DNA from: Eutreptiella sp. 'Long Island Sound 2002'
Lineage: Eukaryota; Protista; Euglenida
Length of the DNA stretch: 64,000 bases
Direction: 5' to 3'
NCBI GenBank assembly: GCA_964036045.1
Contig: OZ038378.1
Span: 197,842,001-197,906,000 of the forward strand
Part shown: piece by piece, positions 40,068 through 53,000 of the stretch
Position numbering within the stretch: the stretch's first letter is position 1
How the letters are laid out: every line of letters starts with the position of its first letter
The notes under the pieces: generated by a model
The model's input: only the letters and a program-made list of their open reading frames with translations
Told to the model about the DNA's origin: nothing
Database searches by the model: none
Program-made: the position numbers and the translations under genes

Positions 40068-43000
40068 TATGCTGTGTGCTTTGTGGCCTGGTGCTTTTGA
40101 TGACCATTGGAGCGAAACTGACATGTAGGGCAATGCTGCAACTGTTCTATCTGTATGTGCAAGGAAGGTGATCGATCCTTTGTCTGACATCTGATGTCAC
40201 ATCACTACTTGCTGAGCAACCAAGGAGAGACTATATTAGATTGTGGCACATCAAAGAGGAGTTCTATTATGGTGTCCAAATGCAGTGCCGCCTCTTATGA
40301 ATCACAGACCATGGGTGGTGGCTGTGCATTATTGATGACCCACAACACTTGCATTTCTGTTACACGTGGTGTTTCCTACACATTGATGCTGATTGTGATG
40401 TGGCATTTCTTTGCAAAAGTTGAATGTTTATTGTGTAGTATTTTACTCTGCTGTATTTGACTTTTTTGCATTCACCAGCTCATGCTCAGTAGATTGGAGT
40501 GTGGTTCACGCTTGATTTGCAGCTGGTTTGCGCTCTGCATGGTAGATGAGATATGTTTATGCTGTGTGCTTTGTGGCCTGGTGCTTTTGATGACCATTGG
40601 AGCGAAACTGACATGTAGGGCAATGCTGCAACTGTTCTATCTGTATGTGCAAGGAAGGTGATCGATCCTTTGTCTGACATCTGATGTCACATCACTACTT
40701 GCTGAGCAACCAAGGAAAGACTATATTAGATTTTGGTACATCAAAGAGGGGTTCCATTATGGTGTCCAAATGCAGTGCCGCCTCTTATGAATCACAGACC
40801 ATGGGTGGTGGCTGTGCATTATTGATGACCCACAACACTTGCATTTCTGTTACACGTGGTGTTTCCTACACATTGATGCTGATTGTGATGTGGCATTTCT
40901 TTGCAAAAGTTGAATGTTTATTGTGTAGTATTTTGCTCTGCTGTATTTGACTTTTTTGCATTCACCAGCTCATGCTCAGTAGATTGGAGTGTGGTTCACG
41001 CTTGATTTGCAGCTGGTTTGCGCTCTGCATGGTAGATGAGATATGTTTATGCTGTGTGCTTTGTGGCCTGGTGCTTTTGATGACCATTGGAGCGAAACTG
41101 ACATGTAGGGCAATGCTGCAACTGTTCTATCTGTATGTGCAAGGAAGGTGATCGATCCTTTGTCTGACATCTGATGTCACATCACTACTTGCTGAGCAAC
41201 CAAGGAGAGACTCCGTTAGATTTTGGTGTATGAAAGACGGGTTCCATTATGGTGTCCAAATGCAGTGCCGCCTCTTATGAATCACAGACCATGGGTGGTG
41301 GCTGTGCATTATTGATGACCCACAACACTTGCATTTCTGTTACACGTGGTGTTTCCTACACATTGATGCTGATTGTGATGTGGCATTTCTTTGCAAAAGT
41401 TGAACGTTTATTGTGTAGTATTTTACTCTGCTTTATTTGACTTTTTTGCATTCACCAGCTCATGCTCAGTAGATTGGAGTGTGGTTCACGCTTGATTTGC
41501 AGCTGGTTTGCGCTCTGCATGGTAGATGAGATATGTTTATGCTGTGTGCTTTGTGGCCTGGTGCTTTTGATGACCATTGGAGCGAAACTGACATGTAGGG
41601 CAATGCTGCAACTGTTCTATCTGTATGTGCAAGGAAGGTGATCGATCCTTTGTCTGACATCTGATGTCACATCACTGCTTGCTGAGCAACCAAGGAGAGA
41701 CCCCGTTAGATTGTGGCACATCAAAGAGGGGTTCTATTATGGTGTCCAAATGCAGTGCCGCCTCTTATGAATCACAGACCATGGGTGGTGGCTGTGCATT
41801 ATTGATGACCCACAACACTTGCATTTCTGTTACACGTGGTGTTTCCTACACATTGATGCTGATTGTGATGTGGCATTTCTTTGCAAAAGTTGAATGTTTA
41901 TTGTGTAGTATTTTACTCTGCTGTATTTGACTTTTTTGCATTCACCAGCTCATGCTCAGTAGATTGGAGTGTGGTTCACGCTTGATTTGCAGCTGGTTTG
42001 CGCTCTGCATGGCAGATGATTTATGCTGTGTGCTTTGTGGCCTGGTGCTTTTGATGACCATTGGAGCGAAACTGACATGTAGGGCAATGCTGCAACTGTT
42101 CTATCTGTATGTGCAAGGAAGGTGATCGATCCTTTGTCTGACATCTGATGTCACATCACTACTTGCTGAGCAACCAAGGAGAGACTATATTAGATTGTGG
42201 CACATCAAAGAGGAGTTCTATTATGGTGTCCAAATGCAGTGCCGCCTCTTATGAATCACAGACCATGGGTGGTGGCTGTGCATTATTGATGACCCACAAC
42301 ACTTGCATTTCTGTTACACGTGGTGTTTCCTACACATTGATGCTGATTGTGATGTGGCATTTCTTTGCAAAAGTTGAATGTTTATTGTGTAGTATTTTAC
42401 TCTGCTGTATTTGACTTTTTTGCATTCACCAGCTCATGCTCAGTAGATTGGAGTGTGGTTCACGCTTGATTTGCAGCTGGTTTGCACTCTGCATGGTAGA
42501 TGAGATATGTTTATGCTGTGTGCTTTGTGGCCTGGTGCTTTTGATGACCATTGGAGCGAAACTGACATGTAGGGCAATGCTGCAACTGTTCTATCTGTAT
42601 GTGCAAGGAAGGTGATCGATCCTTTGTCTGACATCTGATGTCACATCACTACTTGCTGAGCAACCAAGGAAAGACTATATTAGATTTTGGTATATGAAAG
42701 ATGGGTTCCATTATGGTGTCCAAATGCAGTGCCGCCTCTTATGAATCACAGACCATGGGTGGTGGCTGTGCATTATTGATGACCCACAACACTTGCATTT
42801 CTGTTACACGTGGTGTTTCCTACACATTGATGCTGATTGTGATGTGGCATTTCTTTGCAAAAGTTGAATGTTTATTGTGTAGTATTTTACTCTGCTGTAT
42901 TTGACTTTTTTGCATTCACCAGCCCATGCTCAGTAGATTGGAGTGTGGTTCACACTTGATTTGCAGCTGGTTTGCGCTCTGCATGGTAGATGAGATATGT

Positions 43001-46000
43001 TTATGCTGTGTGCTTTGTGGCCTGGTGCTTTTGATGACCATTGGAGCGAAACTGACATGTAGGGCAATGCTGCAACTGTTCTATCTGTATGTGCAAGGAA
43101 GGTGATCGATCCTTTGTCTGACATCTGATGTCACATCACTACTTGCTGAGCAACCAAGGAGAGACTCCGTTAGATTTTGGTGTATGAAAGACGGGTTCCA
43201 TTATGGTGTCCAAATGCAGTGCCGCCTCTTATGAATCACAGACCATGGGTGGTGGCTGTGCATTATTGATGACCCACAACACTTGCATTTCTGTTACACG
43301 TGGTGTTTCCTACACATTGATGCTGATTGTGATGTGGCATTTCTTTGCAAAAGTTGAACGTTTATTGTGTAGTATTCTACTCTGCTTTATTTGACTTTTT
43401 TGCATTCACCAGCTCATGCTCAGTAGATTGGAGTGTGGTTCACGCTTGATTTGCAGCTGGTTTGCGCTCTGCATGGTAGATGAGATATGTTTATGCTGTG
43501 TGCTTTGTGGCCTGGTGCTTTTGATGACCATTGGAGCGAAACTGACATGTAGGGCAATGCTGCAACTGTTCTATCTGTATGTGCAAGGAAGGTGATCGAT
43601 CCTTTGTCTGACATCTGATGTCACATCACTACTTGCTGAGCAACCAAGGAGAGACTGTGTTAGATTTTGGTATATGAAAGACGGGTTCCATTGTGGTGTC
43701 CAAATGCAGTGCCGCCTCTTATGAATCACAGACCATGGGTGGTGGCTGTGCATTATTGATGACCCACAACACTTGCATTTCTGTTACACGTGGTGTTTCC
43801 TACACATTGATGCTGATTGTGATGTGGCATTTCTTTGCAAAAGTTGAATGTTTATTGTGTAGTATTTTACTCTGCTGTATTTGACTTTTTTGCATTCACC
43901 AGCTCATGCTCAGTAGATTGGAGTGTGGTTCACGCTTGATTTGCAGCTGGTTTGCGCTCTGCATGGTAGATGAGATATGTTTATGCTGTGTGCTTTGTGG
44001 CCTGGTGCTTTTGATGACCATTGGAGCGAAACTGACATGTAGGGCAATGCTGCAACTGTTCTATCTGTATGTGCAAGGAAGGTGATCGATCCTTTGTCTG
44101 ACATCTGATGTCACATCACTACTTGCTGAGCAACCAAGGAGAGACTGTGTTAGATTTTGGTATATGAAAGACGGGTTCCATTGTGGTGTCCAAATGCAGT
44201 GCCGCCTCTTATGAATCACAGACCATGGGTGGTGGCTGTGCATTATTGATGACCCACAACACTTGCATTTCTGTTACACGTGGTGTTTCCTACACATTGA
44301 TGCTGATTGTGATGTGGCATTTCTTTGCAAAAGTTGAATGTTTATTGTGTAGTATTTTACTCTGCTGTATTTGACTTTTTTGCATTCACCAGCTCATGCT
44401 CAGTAGATTGGAGTGTGGTTCACGCTTGATTTGCAGCTGGTTTGCGCTCTGCATGGTAGATGAGATATGCTGTGTGCTTTGTGGCCTGGTGCTTTTGATG
44501 ACCATTGGAGCGAAACTGACATGTAGGGCAATGCTGCAACTGTTCTATCTGTATGTGCAAGGAAGGTGATCGATCCTTTGTCTGACATCTGATGTCACAT
44601 CACTGCTTGCTGAGCAACCAAGGAGAGACTCCGTTAGATTTTGGCACATGAAAGACGGGTTCCATTATGGTGTCCAAATGCAGTGCCGCCTCTTATGAAT
44701 CACAGACCATGGGTGGTGGCTGTGCATTATTGATGACCCACAACACTTGCATTTCTGTTACACGTGGTGTTTCCTACACATTGATGCTGATTGTGATGTG
44801 GCATTTCTTTGCAAAAGTTGAACGTTTATTGTGTAGTATTTTACTCTGCTTTAGTTGACTTTTTTGCATTCACCAGCTCATGCTCAGTAGATTGCAGTGT
44901 GGTTCACGCTTGATTTGCAGCTGGTTTGCGCTCTGCATGGTAGATGAGATATGTTTATGCTGTGTGCTTTGTGGCCTGGTGCTTTTGATGACCCCTGGAG
45001 CGAAACTGACATGTAGGGCAATGCTGCAACTGTTCTATCTGTATGTGCAAGGAAGGTGATCGATCCTTTGTCTGACATCTGATGTCACATCACTGCTTGC
45101 TGAGCAACCAAGGAGAGACCCCGTTAGATTTTGGCACATCAAAGAGGAGTTCTATTATGGTGTCCAAATGCAGTGCCGCCTCTTATGAATCACAGACCAT
45201 GGGTGGTGGCTGTGCATTATTGATGACCCACAACACTTGCATTTCTGTTACACGTGGTGTTTCCTACACATTGATGCTGATTGTGATGTGGCATTTCTTT
45301 GCAAAAGTTGAACGTTTATTGTGTAGTATTTTACTCTGCTTTATTTGACTTTTTTGCATTCACCAGCTCATGCTCAGTAGATTGCAGTGTGGTTCACGCT
45401 TGATTTGCAGCTGGTTTGCGCTCTGCATGGTAGATGAGATATGTTTATGCTGTGTGCTTTGTGGCCTGGTGCTTTTGATGACCATTGGAGCGAAACTGAC
45501 ATGTAGGGCAATGCTGCAACTGTTCTATCTGTATGTGCAAGGAAGGTGATCGATCCTTTGTCTGACATCTGATGTCACATCACTGCTTGCTGAGCAACCA
45601 AGGAGAGACTCCGTTAGATTTTGGCACATCAAAGAGGAGTTCTATTATGGTGTCCAAATGCACTGCCGCCTCTTATGAGTCACAGACCATGGGTGGTGGC
45701 TGTGCATTATTGATGACCCACAACACTTGCATTTCTGTTACACGTGGTGTTTCCTACACATTGATGCTGATTGTGATGTGGCATTTCTTTGCAAAAGTTG
45801 AACGTTTATTGTGTAGTATTTTACTCTGCTTTATTTGACTTTTTTGCATTCACCAGCTCATGCTCAGTAGATTGCAGTGTGGTTCACGCTTGATTTGCAG
45901 CTGGTTTGCGCTCTGCATGGTAGATGAGATATGCTGTGTGCTTTGTGGCCTGGTGCTTTTGATGACCATTGGAGCGAAACTGACATGTAGGGCAATGCTG

Positions 46001-49000
46001 CAACTGTTCTATCTGTATGTGCAAGGAAGGTGATCGATCCTTTGTCTGACATCTGATGTCACATCACTGCTTGCTGAGCAACCAAGGAGAGACTCCGTTA
46101 GATTTTGGCACATCAAAGAGGAGTTCTATTATGGTGTCCAAATGCAGTGCCGCCTCTTATGAATCACAGACCATGGGTGGTGGCTGTGCATTATTGATGA
46201 CCCACAACACTTGCATTTCTGTTACACGTGGTGTTTCCTACACATTGATGCTGATTGTGATGTGGCATTTCTTTGCAAAAGTTGAATGTTTATTGTGTAG
46301 TATTTTACTCTGCTTTATTTGAATTTTTTGCATTCACCAGCTCATGCTCAGTAGATTGGAGTGTGGTTCACGCTTGATTTGCAGCTGGTTTGCGCTCTGC
46401 ATGGTAGATGAGATATGTTTATGCTGTGTGCTTTGTGGCCTGGTGCTTTTGATGACCCCTGGAGCGAAACTGACATGTAGGGCAATGCTGCAACTGTTCT
46501 ATCTGTATGTGCAAGGAAGGTGATCGATCCTTTGTCTGACATCTGATGTCACATCACTGCTTGCTGAGCAACCAAGGAGAGACTCCGTTAGATTTTGGCA
46601 CATCAAAGAGGAGTTCTATTATGGTGTCCAAATGCAGTGCCGCCTCTTATGAATCACAGACCATGGGTGGTGGCTGTGCATTATTGATGACCCACAACAC
46701 TTGCATTTCTGTTACACGTGGTGTTTCCTACACATTGATGCTGATTGTGATGTGGCATTTCTTTGCAAAAGTTGAATGTTTATTGTGTAGTATTTTACTC
46801 TGCTTTATTTGAATTTTTTGCATTCACCAGCTCATGCTCAGTAGATTGGAGTGTGGTTCACGCTTGATTTGCAGCTGGTTTGCGCTCTGCATGGTAGATG
46901 AGATATGTTTATGCTGTGTGCTTTGTGGCCTGGTGCTTTTGATGACCCCTGGAGCGAAACTGACATGTAGGGCAATGCTGCAACTGTTCTATCTGTATGT
47001 GCAAGGAAGGTGATCGATCCTTTGTCTGACATCTGATGTCACATCACTGCTTGCTGAGCAACCAAGGAGAGACTCCGTTAGATTTTGGCACATCAAAGAG
47101 GAGTTCCATTATGGTGTCCAAATGCAGTGCCGCCTCTTATGAATCACAGACCATGGGTGGTGGCTGTGCATTATTGATGACCCACAACACTTGCATTTCT
47201 GTTACACGTGGTGTTTCCTACACATTGATGCTGATTGTGATGTGGCATTTCTTTGCAAAAGTTGAACGTTTATTGTGTAGTATTTTACTCTGCTTTATTT
47301 GACTTTTTTGCATTCACCAGCTCATGCTCAGTAGATTGGAGTGTGGTTCACGCTTGATTTGCAGCTGGTTTGCGCTCTGCATGGTAGATGAGATATGTTT
47401 ATGCTGTGTGCTTTGTGGCCTGGTGCTTTTGATGACCCCTGGAGCGAAACTGACATGTAGGGCAATGCTGCAACTGTTCTATCTGTATGTGCAAGGAAGG
47501 TGATCGATCCTTTGTCTGACATCTGATGTCACATCACTACTTGCTGAGCAACCAAGGAGAGACTCCGTTAGATTTTGGTATATGAAAGACGGGTTCCATT
47601 GTGGTGTCCAAATGCAGTGCCGCCTCTTGTGAATCGCAGACCATGGGTGGTGGCTGTGCATTATTGATGACCCACAACACTTGCATTTCTGTTACACGTG
47701 GTGTTTCCTACACATTGATGCTGATTGTGATGTGGCATTTCTTTGCAAAAGTTGAATGTTTATTGTGTAGTATTTTACTCTGCTGTATTTGACTTTTTTG
47801 CATTCACCAGCTCATGCTCAGTAGATTGGAGTGTGGTTCACACTTGATTTGCAGCTGGTTTGCGCTCTGCATGGTAGATGAGATATGCTGTGTGCTTTGT
47901 GGCCTGGTGCTTTTGATGACCATTGGAGCGAAACTGACATGTAGGGCAATGCTGCAACTGTTCTATCTGTATGTGCAAGGAAGGTGATCGATCCTTTGTC
48001 TGACATCTGATGTCACATCACTGCTTGCTGAGCAACCAAGGAGAGACTCCGTTAGATTTTGGCACATCAAAGAGGAGTTCCATTATGGTGTCCAAATGCA
48101 GTGCCGCCTCTTATGAATCACAGACCATGGGTGGTGGCTGTGCATTATTGATGACCCACAACACTTGCATTTCTGTTGCACGTGGTGTTTCCTACACATT
48201 GATGCTGATTGTGATGTGGCATTTCTTTGCAAAAGTTGAATGTTTATTGTGTAGTATTTTACTCTGCTGTATTTGACTTTTTTGCATTCACCAGCTCATG
48301 CTCAGTAGATTGGAGTGTGGTTCACGCTTGATTTGCAGCTGGTTTGCGCTCTGCATGGTAGATGAGATATGCTGTGTGCTTTGTGGCCTGGTGCTTTTGA
48401 TGACCATTGGAGCGAAACTGACATGTTGGGCAATGCTGCAACTGTTCTATCTGTATGTGCAAGGAAGGTGATCGATCCTTTGTCTGACATCTGATGTCAC
48501 ATCACTGCTTGCTGAGCAACCAAGGAGAGACTCCGTTAGATTTTGGCACATCAAAGAGGGGTTCCATTATGGTGTCCAAATGCAGTGCCGCCTCTTATGA
48601 ATCACAGACCATGGGTGGTGGCTGTGCATTATTGATGACCCACAACACTTGCATTTCTGTTACACGTGGTGTTTCCTACACATTGATGCTGATTGTGATG
48701 TGGCATTTCTTTGCAAAAGTTGAATGTTTATTGTGTAGTATTTTACTCTGCTTTATTTGACTTTTTTGCATTCACCAGCTCATGCTCAGTAGATTGGAGT
48801 GTGGTTCACGCTTGATTTGCAGCTGGTTTGCACTCTGCATGGTAGATGAGATATGTTTATGCTGTGTGCTTTGTGGCCTGGTGCTTTTGATGACCATTGG
48901 AGCGAAACTGACATGTAGGGCAATGCTGCAACTGTTCTATCTGTATGTGCAAGGAAGGTGATCGATCCTTTGTCTGACATCTGATGTCACATCACTGCTT

Positions 49001-49860
49001 GCTGAGCAACCAAGGAGAGACTCCGTTAGATTTTGGTATATGAAAGATGGGTTCCATTATGGTGTCCAAATGCAGTGCCGCATCTTGTGAATCGCAGACC
49101 ATGGGTGGTGGCTGTGCATTATTGATGACCCACAACACTTGCATTTCTGTTACACGTGGTGTTTCCTACACATTGATGCTGATTGTGATGTGGCATTTCT
49201 TTGCAAAAGTTGAATGTTTATTGTGTAGTATTTTACTCTGCTGTATTTGACTTTTTTGCATTCACCAGCTCATGCTCAGTAGATTGGAGTGTGGTTCACG
49301 CTTGATTTGCAGCTGGTTTGCGCTCTGCATGGTAGATGAGATATGCTGTGTGCTTTGTGGCCTGGTGCTTTTGATGACCATTGGAGCGAAACTGACATGT
49401 TGGGCAATGCTGCAACTGTTCTATCTGTATGTGCAAGGAAGGTGATCGATCCTTTGTCTGACATCTGATGTCACATCACTGCTTGCTGAGCAACCAAGGA
49501 GAGACTCCGTTAGATTTTGGTATATGAAAGATGGGTTCCATTATGGTGTCCAAATGCAGTGCCGCCTCTTGTGAATCGCAGACCATGGGTGGTGGCTGTG
49601 CATTATTGATGACCCACAACACTTGCATTTCTGTTACACGTGGTGTTTCCTACACATTGATGCTGATTGTGATGTGGCATTTCTTTGCAAAAGTTGAATG
49701 TTTATTGTGTAGTATTTTACTCTGCTGTATTTGACTTTTTTGCATTCACCAGCTCATGCTCAGTAGATTGGAGTGTGGTTCACACTTGATTTGCAGCTGG
49801 TTTGCGCTCTGCATGGTAGATTAGATATGCTGTGTGCTTTGTGGCCTGGTGCTTTTGATG

Positions 49861-50053
49861 CCCCCTTAGCATGTGCGTGGTGCACCACTCCTTGGTGCCA
49901 ATGGGGAATTGAAGGGTGTTGGCGGTGTGGAAATGACCTACAATTACTCCCATTCATCACTATTCATCACCACAAGTGTGCCCAAGGCAACACACGGCAG
50001 TCAAAAAAAAAAAGAAGGAGGGAACTTGAAAAGGTTAGAATAAAAAATTGGTG
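49861..50053. mobile_element. ~193-bp foreign insertion in one array unit
   Basis: The unit sequence ttttgatg|accattgg is split by cccccttagc...aaaaaattggtg. A 2-bp TG duplication is possible; the 3' half is A-rich; there are no TIRs. Confidence 0.75.
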
Positions 50054-53000
50054 ACCATTGGAGCGAAACTGACATGTAGGGCAATGCTGCAACTGTTCTA
50101 TCTGTATGTGCAAGGAAGGTGATCGATCCTTTGTCTGACATCTGATGTCACATCACTGCTTGCTGAGCAACCAAGGAGAGACTCCGTTAGATTTTGGCAC
50201 ATCAAAGAGGAGTTCTATTATGGTGTCCAAATGCAGTGCCGCCTCTTATGAATCACAGACCATGGGTGGTGGCTGTGCATTATTGATGACCCACAACACT
50301 TGCATTTCTGTTACACGTGGTGTTTCCTACACATTGATGCTGATTGTGATGTGGCATTTCTTTGCAAAAGTTGAATGTTTATTGTGTAGTATTTTACTCT
50401 GCTGTATTTGACTTTTTTGCATTCACCAGCTCATGCTCAGTAGATTGGAGTGTGGTTCACGCTTGATTTGCAGCTGGTTTGCGCTCTGCATGGTAGATGA
50501 GATATGTTTATGCTGTGTGCTTTGTGGCCTGGTGCTTTTGATGACCATTGGAGCGAAACTGACATGTAGGGCAATGCTGCAACTGTTCTATCTGTATGTG
50601 CAAGGAAGGTGATCGATCCTTTGTCTGACATCTGATGTCACATCACTGCTTGCTGAGCAACCAAGGAGAGACTCCGTTAGATTTTGGCACATCAAAGAGG
50701 GGTTCCATTATGGTGTCCAAATGCAGTGCCGCCTCTTATGAATCACAGACCATGGGTGGTGGCTGTGCATTATTGATGACCCACAACACTTGCATTTCTG
50801 TTACACGTGGTGTTTCCTACACATTGATGCTGATTGTGATGTGGCATTTCTTTGCAAAAGTTGAATGTTTATTGTGTAGTATTTTACTCTGCTTTATTTG
50901 ACTTTTTTGCATTCACCAGCCCATGCTCAGTAGATTGCAGTGTGGTTCACGCTTGATTTGCAGCTGGTTTGCGCTCTGCATGGTAGATGAGATATGTTTA
51001 TGCTGTGTGCTTTGTGGCCTGGTGCTTTTGATGACCATTGGAGCGAAACTGACATGTAGGGCAATGCTGCAACTGTTCTATCTGTATGTGCAAGGAAGGT
51101 GATCGATCCTTTGTCTGACATCTGATGTCACATCACTGCTTGCTGAGCAACCAAGGAGAGACTCCGTTAGATTTTGGCACATCAAAGAGGGGTTCCATTA
51201 TGGTGTCCAAATGCAGTGCCGCCTCTTATGAATCACAGACCATGGGTGGTGGCTGTGCATTATTGATGACCCACAACACTTGCATTTCTGTTACACGTGG
51301 TGTTTCCTACACATTGATGCTGATTGTGATGTGGCATTTCTTTGCAAAAGTTGAATGTTTATTGTGTAGTATTTTACTCTGCTTTATTTGACTTTTTTGC
51401 ATTCACCAGCCCATGCTCAGTAGATTGCAGTGTGGTTCACGCTTGATTTGCAGCTGGTTTGCGCTCTGCATGGTAGATGAGATATGTTTATGCTGTGTGC
51501 TTTGTGGCCTGGTGCTTTTGATGACCCCTGGAGCGAAACTGACATGTAGGGCAATGCTGCAACTGTTCTATCTGTATGTGCAAGGAAGGTGATCGATCCT
51601 TTGTCTGACATCTGATGTCACATCACTGCTTGCTGAGCAACCAAGGAGAGACCCCGTTAGATTGTGGCACATCAAAGTGGGGTTCCATTATGGTGTCCAA
51701 ATGCAGTGCCGCCTCTTATGAATCACAGACCATGGGTGGTGGCTGTGCATTATTGATGACCCACAACACTTGCATTTCTGTTACACGTGGTGTTTCCTAC
51801 ACATTGATGCTAATTGTGATGTGGCATTTCTTTGCAAAAGTTGAATGTTTATTGTGTAGTATTTTACTCTGCTGTATTTGACTTTTTTGCATTCACCAGC
51901 TCATGCTCAGTAGATTGGAGTGTGGTTCACGCTTGATTTGCAGCTGGTTTGCGCTCTGCATGGTAGATGAGATATGTTTATGCTGTGTGCTTTGTGGCCT
52001 GGTGCTTTTGATGAGCCCTCAAGCGAAACTGACATGTAGGGCAATGCTGCAACTGTTCTATCTGTATGTGCAAGGAAGGTGATCGATCCTTTGTCTGACA
52101 TCTGATGTCACATCACTGCTTGCTGAGCAACCAAGGAAAGACTACATTAGATTTTCGTATATGAAAGATGGGTTCCATTATGGTGTCCAAATGCAGTGCC
52201 GCATCTTGTGAATCGCAGACCATGGGTGGTGGCTGTGCATTATTGATGACCCACAACACTTGCATTTCTGTTACACGTGGTGTTTCCTACACATTGATGC
52301 TGATTGTGATGTGGCATTTCTTTGCAAAAGTTGAATGTTTATTGTGTAGTATTTTACTCTGCTTTATTTGACTTTTTTGCATTCACCAGCTCATGCTCAG
52401 TAGATTGGAGTGTGGTTCACGCTTGATTTGCAGCTGGTTTGCGCTCTGCATGGTAGATGAGATATGTTTATGCTGTGTGCTTTGTGGCCTGGTGCTTTTG
52501 ATGACCATTGGAGCGAAACTGACATGTAGGGCAATGCTGCAACTGTTCTATCTGTATGTGCAAGGAAGGTGATCGATCCTTTGTCTGACATCTGATGTCA
52601 CATCACTGCTTGCTGAGCAACCAAGGAGAGACTCCGTTAGATTGTGGCACATCAGAGAGGGGTTCCATTATGGTGTCCAAATGCAGTGCCGCCTCTTATG
52701 AATCACAGACCATGGGTGGTGGCTGTGCATTATTGATGACCCACAACACTTGCATTTCTGTTACACGTGGTGTTTCCTACACATTGATGCTGATTGTGAT
52801 GTGGCATTTCTTTGCAAAAGTTGAATGTTTATTGTGTAGTATTTTACTCTGCTGTATTTGACTTTTTTGCATTCACCAGCTCATGCTCAGTAGATTGGAG
52901 TGTGGTTCACGCTTGATTTGCAGCTGATTTGCGCTCTGCATGGTAGATGAGATATGCTGTGTGCTTTGTGGCCTGGTGCTTTTGATGACCATTGGAGCGA

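Noticed and set aside
41990-42030. In-frame 6-bp deletions as evidence of coding constraint on the repeat
   Set aside because: 1-bp indels also occur in the same frames (for example agggaatgc near 23068 and the 489-bp units).
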